Assembly: GCA_964252035.1 (NCBI GenBank)
Contig: OZ176207.1
Strand: one strand, 5' to 3'
Source of the DNA: Podarcis erhardii
Taxonomy: Eukaryota
DNA: 64,000 nucleotides
Part shown: positions 1-13,649 of the stretch, piece by piece
Layout of the letters: every line of letters begins with the position of its first letter
How positions within the stretch are numbered: the first letter of the stretch is position 1
The notes under the pieces: generated by a model
What the model was told of the DNA's origin: nothing
Database searches by the model: none
What the model saw: the letters and a program-made list of their open reading frames with translations, nothing else
Translations under genes and position numbers: made by a program

Positions 1-1692
1 AAACCTGTTCACCACAGCAGAGTGTCCAGCTCCAATTAATGGAGTCGCACTGACAACCAAGTGGCTATTCATTTAAATATTTCCATTCTCTAGCAAAAGA
101 TTTGGGCTTGGAAGACCAAGTCAGGTATTATACAGTTTACATTCAGTATGCATTAGAACAAATTGTTTTCCCCATAGGACCTGTTTGGAGAGACCTGTCC
201 AGGGTTCTGAAAGACCTGCCACTGACCATTCTTACTTTCCAATTCCAGTTCTTGGCATTTTGATTTACAGCCCATCCTCTGCCTTTCAGCATCTGTTCTT
301 GCTAGCTCTACCAGATGACTGCATGGCCTTCACACTTGTTGGAACAGGGCAACTGTGCACTTAAAAATGTAATGTATGAACGCAACAAATGTGAGTTTGC
401 AAACATATGTCAAGTTCATAACTTTGCTCTTTCGTAAAGCCTTGGGAGAATTAGTTGGTTTTATATTTTAAATCCTGAGCAGGATCCAGCCAAAGCTAAG
501 CCCTTTGAAGGGCCACTCACTTTGATGGGAGCTATTTTAATGCATTAGCTTAACTCTCCTATTGGAATCAATTACATTTTGTAATACTGTTGATATTGTA
601 TGTTGTGTTGTAAGCTCTCCAGTGCTCCAATCTGGAGGAAGATCTGGGTATTATTATTATTTTTTTTAAAAAAAAATTAAATAAAGCAGACTTCAAAGAA
701 TTCAACTTGGGCAGAAACATGATTATTTCATTGCACATGTTGATGGTTTTATTGTGATTTTAAGGAAGAGTCGTTTCATTTTGTTATTTTTTACATTCAT
801 ATCCCACTTTTCTTCCATCACGGAGTACAAGACATTGTGCATGTAGGTCCCATATGGTCTTCCCTCCAGAAACCGAATTAGACCCAGGCCTGCTGAACTT
901 CAGCAAGGTGACAGTCTTGTGTACCTCTTCTAAAAGGCTTGCATAGAAGAGCTGGAGATGCACTACATTGGCCCTGTAGAGGAATGAAAAAAGAGATACT
1001 TTCAACTTTGACTTCACTTATATCTTATGTCAAGTAACTGGAGAAATCACTTGTTCTTGGGATTTAATCTGGGAAATTTTTAAAACATGCCTACAGAAGT
1101 AATGAATAGTAATTTATCTAGCAATTTATCTGTAATTTCATTAATAACAGTCTTGCACTTGGATATGTCTGTACTTGAATATCCATGTTTGGCTCAAAGA
1201 CAAACATTTATGTAACCTTCTATGATCCTGAAGTTTTGAAATATTTATTTACCAACTGTGGATTTCATCACACAGCCACATACAACCTTGAGCCAACTAG
1301 ACATAACATTTTTGATCTGATTTGGCCTTCTTTCTTTCTTATTTTTTTATCAGGATTTGTATCCTGCTTAATCATTCATAACCTCATCATGGCTTGGCAG
1401 ATTATCTTAACAAATTCCCTGGTGGGAGAGGAGTCAGATCAGGTCCATGATATGTGGAGAGATTCAACTCTTTGCCCTTGCCACCATCCCATTCAGAATT
1501 TCCATATATTGGCATCAGTTGAAGCTGTCCTCTCATTGCACATAACATAACATTGCACATAACAAGCATGGGGGTGATTCATATTGGCATGGACAAAAGA
1601 TTAAAGTCCCACCCGCCCTCTTCCCATGTCTTGGGCCCAAATTAGCTATTTCCTTTTAGGGAAAAAAATATGGCATCCATTCTGTACCAGAT

Positions 1693-1930
1693 GAAGAAGA
1701 AGAAGAAGAGTTTGGATTTGATATCCCGCCTTTCACTCCCTTTAAGGAGTCTCAAAGCGGCTAACATTCTCCTTTCCCTTCCTCCCCCACAGGTGAGTGG
1801 GGCTGAGAGACTTCAAAGAAGTGTGACTGGCCCAAGGTCACCCAGCAGCTGCATGTGGAGGAGCGGAGACGCGAACCTGGTTCACCAGATTACAAGACTA
1901 CCGCTCTCAACCACTACACCACACTGGCTC
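1693..1930 (-). mobile_element. Squam3-like tRNA-derived SINE
   Basis: Minus strand starts GAGCCAGTGTGGTGTAGTGGTT (A-box-like) with B-box-like GGTTCGCGTC; (TTC)n tail; flanked by short direct repeat CAGATGA; second copy at 55029-55258. Confidence 0.8.
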
Positions 1931-2969
1931 TCAGATGACAAATGTTGCGTCTGATTTGGCCCTCGGAACCACTTGGTACACCAGAGAACCAGTCTCCCAT
2001 CTCACTGACATGAATTGGCATTACCTACATGTGACTGTGTTCAGACACCCTCCTACCTATGGTCTTTTGCAAGGCCACAGTTTTCTGACGAGCTCATCCA
2101 TGCAACCATTTCAGAGTCTGGTAGTTACGATATATGGCCTTTATTTACAGCTCTTATTTTTTCCGGATGCACCTGTCCAACTTCTAGCTGTCTTGCTATA
2201 AGCTGAGGTGAAGCAAGTGAACGTGAGCAGGTACTCACTAGGTGCAAAATAAGGATCAGGCAGACTCAGCAAATGGAGAAAATGAAGGTGAAGTTTATTG
2301 CCAGGCAATAAGGACCCAGTTTGGAATCTCTTCCAAAAGGAACTGTGACCCCGATTGACAGAAATCCAGAGGTCTTTATACCTGAGCAGATCACAGCAAA
2401 TCATAGATCATGAGACAACCATGAGACAGTCACGATATTGTCAGCAAAGAATAGCCAATTAGCAAGCTTCTTGCCATGCTTCCAGCACCTGGACAAGCAC
2501 TGGTCAAACACCGAGTTCAAGTTCTGCTTTCCGATGCTTGCCGTGACGCTCTGTCTAACCTCTCCCCTAGTTATGACAGGACAGGGAGTTTGGAGTTTTT
2601 GTGGTTTTGCTCTTCCTGTTCTGTGGACTAATTTAGCCTGTATCTGAGGGGATTTTGTACCAGAATCTCTGATTCACGTCTTCCCCATATCCAGGGTACA
2701 CAGATGTTGTAGGGGAAAGGTCGGCTCTAAATCTTGCTGTTTCAAGCAATATGCAGTTAGCTAAGGCACAGCTTCCCTTTGATTCAAAATGGATTATAAA
2801 ATACTGTAAGCCTTGATTATGTGTGAGCATATATGAATATATTGATCTCTGATAACTGATTATATGAATAGCATAGGGGTAGCCCTTCTTCCTTGCCTCA
2901 GAGGCAGTTGTATGAAAGCCAACTACTTCCACCTCCGATGGGATGAATCTAAGCTGGGTGGTTCTACAT

Positions 2970-3229
2970 CAGGGGTAGGCAACCTAAGGCCCGTGGGCCA
3001 GATGCGGCCCAATTGCCTTCTCAATCCGGCCCGCGGACGGTCCGGGAATCAGTGTGGTTTTCATGAGTACAATGTGTCCTTTTATTTAAAATGCATCTCT
3101 GGGTTATTTGTGGAGCATAAGAATTCGTTCTTTCCCCCCCCCCCAAAAAAATATATATATAGTCCGGCCCACCACATGGTCTGAGGGACAGTGGATTGGC
3201 CCATGGCTGAAAAAGGGTGCTGTCCCCTG
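2970..3229. mobile_element. Non-autonomous hAT transposon (MITE)
   Basis: TIRs CAGGGGTAGGCAACCT / AGGGTGCTGTCCCCTG; perfect 8-bp TSD TTCTACAT at 2962-2969 and 3230-3237. Confidence 0.9.
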
Positions 3230-3861
3230 TTCTACATGCACAAGCCTATATTGGATCATCCAGAGACTGATATTCTGCTCATGTCAGTTGACCCTGGATG
3301 TGATCAGACTGGCAGGAATTTAAATGTTGTGCACTCTGTAATACAAAGACACTCTTCTGTTTAATCTGGGAATCCATATCTCTGTTTATATGCTATCATT
3401 GCCTACACACTGCCTACACAGGATTACTATACGTCCAGAATAATACGGGGAGGGGGTGTTGGGAAATTGGCAAAATGTCTGTGATTCCCCCAAAAAGCTC
3501 AACAACTTTTGTATCCAAAATTTTACTTCTTGAAATACCCACCAACATTGCTCCTACAACCAATAGACCAATGTGTGCACAGTGACTGAGAAACCAATAT
3601 CCTGCTCCCGATGTAGGAATTATCCTGCATGATATCTGCAATATTTACAACACTTGTGCTGCTACTATTCCCCTCCAATTCAATTATGTCCTCCTGCAGA
3701 GGTTGGGCTGCATGCATGTGTAGTCTACGATACTATACGATAATCTTTATTGTCATTGTCCCATACAGAACAATGAAAAAATCTACATCAGACATTCAAA
3801 CACCAACAAGCCTGCTATCCCAGCTAACCCAGCCTGGTTAACCCCCTAAAAATTCTGATAA

Positions 3862-4216
3862 AAAGGTAAAGGTACCCCTGCCTGTACGGGCCAGTCTTGA
3901 CAGACTCTAGGGTTTTGCGCCCATCTCACTCAAGAGGCCGGGGGCCAGCACTTTCCGCAGACACTTCTGGGTCACATGGCCAGCGTGACAAAGCTGCATC
4001 TGGCGAGTCAGCGTAGCCCACGGAAACGCCATTTACCTTCCCGCCAGTAAGCGGTCCCTATTTATCTACTTGCATGTGGGGGGTGCTTTCAAACTGCTAG
4101 GTTGGCAGGCGCTGGGACCGAGCAATGGGAGCGCACCCCGCCGCGGGGATTCGAACCACCAACCTTTCAATCGACAAGCCCTAGGTGCTGAGGCTTTTAC
4201 CCACAGCGCCACCCAT
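3862..4216 (-). mobile_element. Sauria SINE (variant subfamily)
   Basis: (ACCTTT)n tail, tRNA-like head with GGTTCGAATCC; diagnostic GTACCCCTGCCTGTACGGGCCAGTC shared with the 39700 copy. Confidence 0.9.
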
Positions 4217-4218
4217 GT

Positions 4219-4417
4219 NNNNNNNNNNNNNNNNNNNNNNNNNNNNNNNNNNNNNNNNNNNNNNNNNNNNNNNNNNNNNNNNNNNNNNNNNNNNNNNNNN
4301 NNNNNNNNNNNNNNNNNNNNNNNNNNNNNNNNNNNNNNNNNNNNNNNNNNNNNNNNNNNNNNNNNNNNNNNNNNNNNNNNNNNNNNNNNNNNNNNNNNNN
4401 NNNNNNNNNNNNNNNNN
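4219..4417. other. Assembly gap (N run)
   Basis: Run of Ns. Confidence 1.
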
Positions 4418-7381
4418 TTATCTGGTAAAGCGAATATTAGAGGTCTTGGGGCCGAAAAACTCTGATACCCCATAATTAAATACAATATACTCCCACAGAG
4501 ACTACCTTACACTGCATTTAAAACCAAAATCGCATTTGGATAAAAACTGTTTCTCAGGCAGCTAGTCCTAGTCTTTATAACCCTGTACCTTCTTCCAGAA
4601 GGCAGAAGCCGAAAGAGATCATTTCCGGGGTGCATACTATCCTGCACTATCTCTGCAACTTTCTTATGACACCTGGAAGCATAGATTTGATCTAAGGTCG
4701 GAAGAGTGCACCCAATTATTCTCTCCGCAGTCTTTACAACCCTGGACAGCATCGTGTTTTCCCTGACTGTGCAGCTCCCAAACCACACACATAGACCATA
4801 AGTTAATACATTATCAACAGTACTAATTATATGTTCCTTATTAATGTTAGGAATAACAGCAACTGCAGGAACCTATATAAGCCCCACCAAGGACCAGCCA
4901 GTAGCATGCACAATTATATCATAAAACATCTGCACCACTGGCTCTGGCAAGCGGCGTCTCATTTTGGGTGACTCACACAGGCTCAGGCTTGAAACGATAT
5001 TGCCACCTTCTTCACCCACATCTGAAGGTTAAGTCACGTTCCTGGATTCAAATTATACTTTCCAAAGCAAGCCCTGCTTTTCACCTTGCTGCACTGAAGT
5101 CCTTCCCTGTCTTCCAGGACAGCAAGAGCTTAGAGAAATAAAATGCAGTTGACTTGGCCATGCCTTGAGTGTTTGGCATGCCTGTTCGGCACCCCTCTTT
5201 ACCAGGGTTCCCTCAGGAAGCTGAGCAGTTTTCCTCCTCTCTGGCGCGTGGCTTAGATGACTTATCTATTGCTCGGGGACAAATTGGCCACCTCCACTCT
5301 GCTGAGCACCACCCTGCCTTCTCACCCAGTGCCAGGGGAATGAAACCTATTCAAATCAATGATGTTACGTGCAGAAAAACCATTGCATCTAAGAAGATTA
5401 ATCTACACCTGCCAAGGCTGCCATCCAATACATGCTTACTTGGAAATATTCCCACTGAACACCATGGGGCTAAAACATGCATAAAATTACCACCAACACC
5501 CCCCAAAAAAGATAAGAACAGTCTTGCAACCTAGGTCAGATTTTCAGTCCAATCCAGAAACTGAGACAATCCCACTTGGTTTTACCCATTCCTGGAATGT
5601 ACCACTTCAGATTGAAGCTTGGTGATTACCCCCACACCAGTGTTAGAAAGTTGAGGACAGGATGTGAGAAAGGGGGGGAAATGGGAAGGGGTGTGTCTGT
5701 GAAACCACATGCTGTTGGCTCAGAGTGGGTTACACCGCAGGACAAATTTGATGTATCCTCCATTTAATATGAAGATGAAGCAAAAAGCATAAGTGGTAAA
5801 ATCATTCATTTGCAGTCTACAGCATTACAGAGACAGATACACAATTTCCAGATGCACAATTCTACTCCTCGGTTTCCATCCAGATGGGAAATTCTCTGAC
5901 GCTGATGATTCCATGCTGCAACTATTTCTTTAATCTCCATCCCAAACTCTGCCCATCTTTGATTTTGACCAGATTTAGCAGCATTATAGAAATTCATTAC
6001 ACCCTCTGAGCAGACACAAATAGCTGTAATAATACATAAGGTGCCGAGGCGGACGAGTCTTGGCATTTAAGTAGGATTTATCTCTCTTACCAGGGACATA
6101 GTGCCGAGATTCAGAAAGGGAGCCAATCCCCTTTGCATGCAATTACACCAGAAAGTGTAAAACAAACAAATAAAGGGCCATCTACATTGCACAAACACTG
6201 AATCTTCGATGACGGGAAGGGTTATCTGAAATCACTGTACAGCTTTTTATGGGTGACATCTTTCAGTAGAGAGATCCCTCGTGGAGATTTTAAAAAAAGA
6301 AGTGGAGAGAGTGTGTGATCCTCATCACACTAGTGAACTTGTTTGCAAGATTGGAAGAGGGGGAGAAGCAGGGGGAAAGTGATAATAGACTTCTTTGTCA
6401 TCAAAGGGTAAGGAAATGTGACAATCCAGAAACTGGTTTTAGGGCCCCATCTGCTAAACCAGAGAGAAATCAAGATTTTACAGTTCTATAAATATTTTAG
6501 TGTATGCCATCATTTATGAACTCTGGCAGCTATCATAAAATCTCTCTGACTTTTGTTACAACTGCATATAAGGCCAGAAAATTGCATCTCATGGTAAAAC
6601 ATAAAAACCTAAGTAAAAGCACCATTCCTTCCAGTATATTCTAAAAATATACAACCTCCCTGTCAGTACATGGCAGGGTAGTTACCATCCCAAGATGCCT
6701 GTTTCTCTCCCGTTTTCCTTTATCTGATCCTGCCCTGGTCTTTACAAACCTTTTTGTATCCTTTTATGTTCCATAAATAGCGGCCATCACAACAGAGCAG
6801 CCAAAATAGCTTTTACAGTGTCACAACATAGCTGTAAGTAAGAGACACTTAGGTGATGATAATGCTGCAGATATATACAGGGGGAGAAAAAATAAATGTA
6901 CACTGACCTTTTGTCTAATTACCTTTGATATCATTTTTATCCTTCTGTGAAAACTTATTTAGCACACTAGGGTTGTGGGGAAGAGACTAGCCTCGGAGAA
7001 GATTCTCAGGACTGTAATCACCGAGGAGTGAAGAACCCAAGGCCGTAAGAGAGGAAAAATAAGGGACGAAATATATTCCAAGATTAACACCCCACCCCCC
7101 ACCCCGTTAGCCTATAACATGCCTAACTCTGACTGAGGTTTATATGCTTTCCCAAATGGTCTGGTCATCACACACCACTGGGAATTATAGTGCTAGGCAA
7201 TAATTTGAAAAAAGCCAATCTCTACATAAATTATATTCTTGTACTATGAGAGGTTGTATTTATTCATGTAACTCAGCCGATGTCTTCTCTGAAGTACATC
7301 CCACTGTGTTTAATGAGACTGTCTCCTGTGTAAAGGTGTACAGGATTAAAACCTAAAAAGTCTGCAGTGTTAAATCTATAG

Positions 7382-7472
7382 CAGGCACCCCCAAACTCAG
7401 CTGTTTTGGGACTACAACTCCCATCATCCCTAGCTAACAGGACCAGTGGTCACAGATGGTGGGAACTGTAGT
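7382..7472. mobile_element. Palindromic hAT-type MITE (truncated)
   Basis: CAGGCACCCCCAAACTC...GGACTACAACTCCCATCATCCC core shared with the 57716 and 60840 copies. Confidence 0.75.
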
Positions 7473-7640
7473 TGTTGTTTGGCACCAACATGTATCAAGG
7501 TAATAGAAGCTATCAAAAAGCAGGTGGCAAGTGCAAAATATCACACATAGCTTTCCAAATTTTGAATATTATTATTTATTACATTTAAGGATCACTTCAC
7601 ATGATGCAATTTACAATATATTCACAACATACTGAGTGAA

Positions 7641-7785
7641 NNNNNNNNNNNNNNNNNNNNNNNNNNNNNNNNNNNNNNNNNNNNNNNNNNNNNNNNNNNN
7701 NNNNNNNNNNNNNNNNNNNNNNNNNNNNNNNNNNNNNNNNNNNNNNNNNNNNNNNNNNNNNNNNNNNNNNNNNNNNNNNNNNNNN
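7641..7785. other. Assembly gap (N run)
   Basis: Run of Ns. Confidence 1.
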
Positions 7786-10274
7786 AATACCAAAAAAAAT
7801 CTATACGTGTTTGTATAAAACAATGCAAATAAACCATTCTAATGCATTGCAAAATAATAATGATAATAATTTAACAGCTTAAAACTAAAAAAGGAGAGAA
7901 TAACACTTAACACAGAAATAAAAAAGTAGTTTACAAAACATCCACTCATTCCAGATGATGCATCTATTTCCAATACTTTTCTAGACCACTTTTCATTTAA
8001 CACAACCCCAAAGCAATTTTACAGCGAAACAATAAATCATAACAATACAGCAAAAAGCATCAAGGTCGCAGCATAGTTGTTGGTGAAAAACTGGCATCAA
8101 TGGTCTGGGAATGGCCAAGCAAAAATACGTGTTTTTAGTAGATAGAAGAAACATGCCACCACTGGTGTCTGCTATGTTGCAGGGGAGAGTTCATGCTATC
8201 AGGTGAGGGCCACCCTGTCAATATGGAGTTCTGCAGCTCATGGGATGGCCAGCAGGAGATGTAAAAGGAAGCTGTGGTCAGGGTATCCAAAGAGCAGGTA
8301 ACACGGGAGGAAGAGAAACTTACTTGATGGCAGGAGGTTCAGATGAGCCCACGAACATTTTCAAAGCATGAGTGGAGATACAGGCCTCTGGTTTAGGCCT
8401 GCCACTGCTAGCAGGGCAGCCTCCTGAGGCATCCTCCTGGCGCATCCATACATTTGACTCATGTCATTAGAAGATGTAAGCAAATATTGGCATGTGTACA
8501 TAACTGCTTCTCCATTCCATTGAGATCCTGATTTGGCCAGGATTGCCCCTGACAGCTACTTTTGCTTGAACAATCCTGGCATCCTGGAGACAGAGAGCAG
8601 TCATGCACAGTCTCTAGCACACTGGATAAGGCAGCCCTCTGACTTGTGGCCCATTAGGCTATAGTTTATCAGGCAGTTGTATCATGCATTTCATACATAC
8701 TGCTGAGCAGCAGCCCAAGAGTCCAGTGCTATTTCTACACAAGTCCCACTGAAATGCGATGGCATGGATCTGCAAGGCAGTGGAGCTTGTCCATTCCCAT
8801 TTATTTCCTTTTTTTCAATGAAGGAGTGTCATGTTGGGGGATGGGTTAAAAGGCAGCATGCTAACATCATTGCATTAAAATCATAATTGCTTTGTGTGTT
8901 ATTCCTCACTTATTAATGTGCCTGTTTGACAGTCTCTAATAAACCCCTCTCTATCTCTAATGAGTTTAGTCCACAGAGGGTATATTTCAGCCTCAACAAG
9001 CCACCAAGCAATTTAGGTCTGTTGGCAATTTCTGCTTAAGGTAGGTCACAAAGTGGAACAAAAATTAACGCTGTCCATAATGATGGTACTTGTTCAAGCA
9101 GCTTGGGGGTCACACACAAGCTTCTTTGCATCACAAAGTCTTCAAACTCTTTGAAGTCAACGCAGAATGTTCCTAAGAAGCACAGAAGAGAGGCTCAAAT
9201 TGAATGGAATCCTCATTTCATGTCATGTCCCAACACAAAATTGAACTCTACTGGCTGCAGAAAATTTACACCAGAATCAGGAGTACTTCCCTCAGGCCAG
9301 GGGTGAGGAAACTGTAGCCTCTTGTATATTGCAAGGCCACATCTCTCATCATCCTTGACCACTGACTGTTCTGGCTGAAGTGGATGGGAGTTGGAGTCCG
9401 ACAACCTTCTCCACAGCTTCTCCATACCTGCCTTAGGCCCAAACTCAGTGCCAGCTTTGCACACAAACTAAGTAAACTATGGTTTAGAGTCTCAGATTAC
9501 AAGGGGTCTTTTTAAAAATCCCTGCTCCTCTAAATTTCAAATGTGGCATAATTGGTTAAAAATAAATAAAGGAAATGGGGACTCTAAAACAAACATTATT
9601 GTTTAGATATGACCAAAGTATGCTTAATGGTTGTGTTTATAAATCTGTTCATAAATAACCGTAATTTATCTCAAAAATATACATCATTAGGCCAGATGTC
9701 CATAATTTGTGAAACAGTGGCAGGTGAGGTTTGGTATTTACACATTTTGGGGATAACACTATGAAGCCTCTTAAATTCGGCACAGTTTCGGACCTCAGCA
9801 CATCTCAATCCCACCCTTCCAGACTACATTTTATAGGCAAATGTGTGTGAGCTGCTGACCTGTGTTTTCTTCCCCACATCATCACAGGAATGTGGGTGGG
9901 GTGTGTATGAAATTGTTATTGCTTTAATACTGTCTTACTCCCATATGTGACAACCAATGAAAGGGAGGGGGGAGAAATCCTATCATGGTGATATAACATG
10001 GCTCATTTTTTAACTACACATTTACTGGGGAGATGCTTTCTAACAGCTGAGTTTTTTATTTGGGCTTTCATTTTAGGGTATAAAATGATTACATTTTTTG
10101 GTGCCTGGTTATGCCCTGGTCACAGCTTTTTAACTGCCAAAAATAAAAGTATACACTTTTTAAAAGATACAAAGGATCTGAGTCAAATTATCTGGAGGCA
10201 TCTATCCATTAAAATAACACTGAAGTCCATCAATGATTCATCTTCACAAGAAGCACTCTGACAATGGAGGCAAC

Positions 10275-10411
10275 CACTGTTTCTCAAACTTTGGTCCCCA
10301 GCTGTTTTTGGACTACAACTCCCACCATCCCTATCCATGGGTCCTGCTAGCTAGGGATGATGGGAGTTGTAGTCCAACAACAGCTGGGGAACCCAAGTTT
10401 GAGAAACACTG
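10275..10411. mobile_element. Palindromic hAT-type MITE
   Basis: TIRs CACTGTTTCTCAAACTT / AAGTTTGAGAAACACTG around the GGACTACAACTCCC...GGGAGTTGTAGTCC core. Confidence 0.8.
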
Positions 10412-10609
10412 ACTTAACCAAATGCCTGATGAAGTATATGGGATTTACGTGTGTTTTGCAGAATGCCTGTTCAGAATTAAGTCCAAGTGAGTTAGAATTA
10501 CTGAATCGGAACAACATCAATCCATAGAAAAACCAATTGACATTTGTTCTGATCCATTTGTAAGCAGCAGATTTTCCCAGGGGAAAATGGTGAGACAGGT
10601 GGAAGTGCT

Positions 10610-11085
10610 CTTAGTCATCTTTTTGGTGCCAGATTGAGACATTTTTGCTTTGGGGTATTTTAAAGGTGAACCTAACTAATTTGCTGCTTCCAAAAACAAC
10701 ACATGAACTGAACCACAGCCATCCATCAAAATTCGCAGTTCTCTGAATTTTGCAATACAGCTCTCCAGCCAAGCAATGTGTGCAAAAATTCATATCCTAG
10801 GGTAAAGTGTGCATAAGATGACAATATTAGTGGAAAGAACATAGAAAAATGCATTAGATTATGGAACATTGCTTTGGGAAAGTGTGCATATCAAGCATAA
10901 TTGCATACAAATATGCATATTAGGGGAAATTATTACTAAGATGCAGATAAATTTTCACAAAATTTTTTTTTAATGGAAACTGTTATGGAAATTTGGAGAA
11001 ATAAAGTTAAGATTGGAAAAAAGAGAAACCAAGAAAAACCAAAACTAACAATTCCATTCATGTTTACTGAGCTGATGCCTACAGT
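10610..11085. repeat. Old unclassified interspersed repeat (possibly hAT-Ac-like)
   Basis: Similar to 18675-18870 and 62133-62444, and in reverse orientation to 19170-19500 and 34770-35180 (shared CTCTGAATTTTGCAAT, GGTAAAGTGTGCATA, TTAGGGGAAAT motifs). Confidence 0.6.
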
Positions 11086-12177
11086 GGAGAATACCTGAGA
11101 AGGAATCCCACTGTATACCACTAGAACTGGCAATACATATGATTGAGCAGAATTATTGTCTCTTGCATTACCTGCAGGCTAGAAAAAACTTCTCCTGCCG
11201 AATTCCAGCCTGTCACGCAGCTTCAACAAAACAAAAACTTGACAATACATCCTGTAAGTTAAAACACTTTCATTGTTGAGCCCTTGAGGGGACACTTAAC
11301 AAAACAGCAAAACAAGCCTCGGACATCGTTGGATTGTAATGGTAATGACTTATACGTAACCACTGGCATAAATATGTCCCAGAGACTGGTAGAATCACGT
11401 TGTGCAGTTATCTAAAGCAGAAAACAAAGCAGCCTATGGAACGAGTTGCTTTTCTCAAATAGCATTTTCTTTCTTCCTTTTTTTATTTTCGCCACACACA
11501 GTCAAGTGTTTTCAAACGATCAAAAAGATGTTAACACTTTCCAAACGCACTGCTATTAAAATATTTTGTCACTACTTCAGTACATCAAATGATGCAATGC
11601 CTAAGCTCCCCAGACAATGCACAGAACATTAGAGAATTAGCTTAACATTCTGACAACCTTGCGATTTTATTTAAACAAGTTCTTCCCTCCCAATTCCCTA
11701 CGGAGGCGCGATTTTGTCTTTCTGTTGATTGTAGTGGACATATCGCAGATTCCTAACAACTTTCCCAATGGACCACCCACAACATCCTTTGTACAGTGCT
11801 ACCATTGCTGGCCTTATTCAACACCCCCTACTTTCTACTTTATTTTCTTTCTTTCTTTCTCTCTCTTTTAAAAAAATGCTAACACTGTCTTCAGATCAGC
11901 AGAGACTTTGGCCTGCCATCTGTGCCTTCGTGATGCGGTGCATCCTAACCAATTATTCCCAACGTGCTTTGGAGTAAACAAAATGTCGACCATAATAACA
12001 AAGAAGATTTAAAAATAAAACAGCCCTGGAGAACTTTTGATGAGAGTTGGTTAGAAGGCCAGCTCCAATTAGACCTCAGTATTAAGAGGAAACATTCTGA
12101 AGTAATGGATCATGTAGAGCCAAACTACATGTTACAATGCAGCCATGTGCAACATGTCTTAACTACAAAGCACGTTA

Positions 12178-12528
12178 AAAGGTAAAGGGACCCCTGATTG
12201 TTAGGTCCAGTCTTGGACGACTCTGGGGTTGCGGCGCTCATCTCGCTTTACTGGCCGAGGGTGCCAGCGTACAGCTTCTGGGTCATGTGGCCAGCATGAC
12301 TAAGCCACTTCTGGTGAACCAGAGCAGAACACGGAAACACCGTTTACCTTCCCGCCGGAGTGGTACCTATTTATCTACTTGCACTTTGATGGGCTTTCAA
12401 ACTGCTAGGTTAGCAGGTGCTGGGACTGAACAACGGGAGCTCATCCTGTCACAGGGATTCAAACTGCCGACCTTCTGATTGGCAAGCCCTAGGCTCTGTG
12501 GTTTAACCTACAGCGCCACCTGTGTTCC
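12178..12528 (-). mobile_element. Sauria SINE, full length
   Basis: Consensus-like body; TSD ACAAAGCA(C/T)GTTA at 12165-12177 and 12529-12541. Confidence 0.92.
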
Positions 12529-12719
12529 ACAAAGCATGTTAGGCAAGTGCAAATTTACATGCACTAGGAAAGTGTTCTGGGAGCGAGGGTTAGCTGCTTA
12601 GGTGAGTGCTGCAATTTCTAGGGGACTGTAGTAGCTTTGAGAGTGCCTACTCACTCCTCAGGTTCTCCATTGCAAAGTGTCTTCTGATGAGATGCTTTAC
12701 TGTGGAGAAATGGACACCA

Positions 12720-13170
12720 GCCTTATACTACCTGCCATTGCATTGTGCCACATTCTGTCAGTGCTTTAAGATCAGCATCGGAGACCCTCATTGGTGGCCT
12801 ACCTTTAAGATGGGTTTGATTGTCAGGGCTTTTCCAGTGGTGGCCCTTGTCTTATGGAACTCCTTCCCAAGAGATACATGGTTAGCCGCTCCAGTTGTAG
12901 CAGTAAAAACAGAAACAAAAACCCTACCCATTTCAATTAACTGATGTATCTTTTGGACATGCTATTGTATTTGTATTCTTTATACACCTATTTCAGCGGT
13001 TTATTGCAATGATTTTGGAAATGGTTTTCTATTGCATGGTCTAACATATGGCTGGTTCTGTGGTTTTTGAATTGTGAGAGTTTTATTAGGATAGTGCCTT
13101 TTACAGTTGCATTGTTGTTTTCCGCCTTGGGTGGACACAGTTCAAAAAGGCAACTTATTAATATTTAAGA
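12720..13170 (+). mobile_element. Degenerate L2 LINE 3' end
   Basis: Translation RAFPVVALVLWNSFPRDTWLAAP resembles the L2 ORF2 C-terminus (RAFSVVAP.LWNSLP); T-rich 3' UTR follows. Confidence 0.6.
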
Positions 13171-13606
13171 GAGATTAATAAATTGTTTGGTCAGTACCAA
13201 AAACAGCAAATTCACATATTCTTCCCCTCCACTCTGTCCTAGAAGTTCCAGTAAAGCAAAACTTCCCTGTGCTTCCATGGCTGGAGTGGAACTCAAAAAT
13301 CCACATATTTAATTAAGGACTCGGTGGTAGAAAACACAATTTCAGGTTGCCCACAGAAAGACCCAGGTACATAGGGAGCTTGCATGGACAGACAGTGCAA
13401 CATGGGGGGGGGGGGGTTCCTAGGCCTAAGGTGAAACTGTGGTGCTCCCTGTTATTTTTTTATATTGGATGTTGTATGCTTTTTAAGTGATCTTGTTATA
13501 TTTATAGTATCGAAATGTGGTTTTTGTTGTTTTGTCATGTTATTATGAAATTGTTTTTGTAGTGTTTGTTTGAAATGCATCCATTTCTTCATTGCAAGCT
13601 ACTTTG

Positions 13607-13609
<3 letters not shown>

Positions 13610-13647
<38 letters not shown>
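13610..13647. repeat. (TG)n microsatellite
   Basis: Direct reading. Confidence 0.95.

Positions 13648-13649
<2 letters not shown>

Larger units (their letters stand above)
3730..4824 (-). mobile_element. Rex1/Babar-clade LINE 3' fragment, interrupted by a Sauria SINE and an N-gap
   Basis: Open frame 4507-4824: STVDNVLTYGLCVWFGSC...LSRVVKTAERIIGCTLP...HPGNDLFRLLPSGRRYRVIKTRTSCLRNSFYPNAILVLN, the characteristic Rex1 RT C-terminus; 3' end CAATGACAATAAAG on minus strand near 3745. Confidence 0.85.

Noticed and set aside
784-1017. 77-aa minus ORF with a good acceptor (TTTTTTCATTCCTCTACAG)
   Set aside because: Two frames are possible, neither peptide is recognisable, and there is no link to other exons.
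5806-6066. 86-aa minus ORF (MNFYNAAKSGQ...)
   Set aside because: No recognisable homology or clear splice boundaries; length is compatible with chance.
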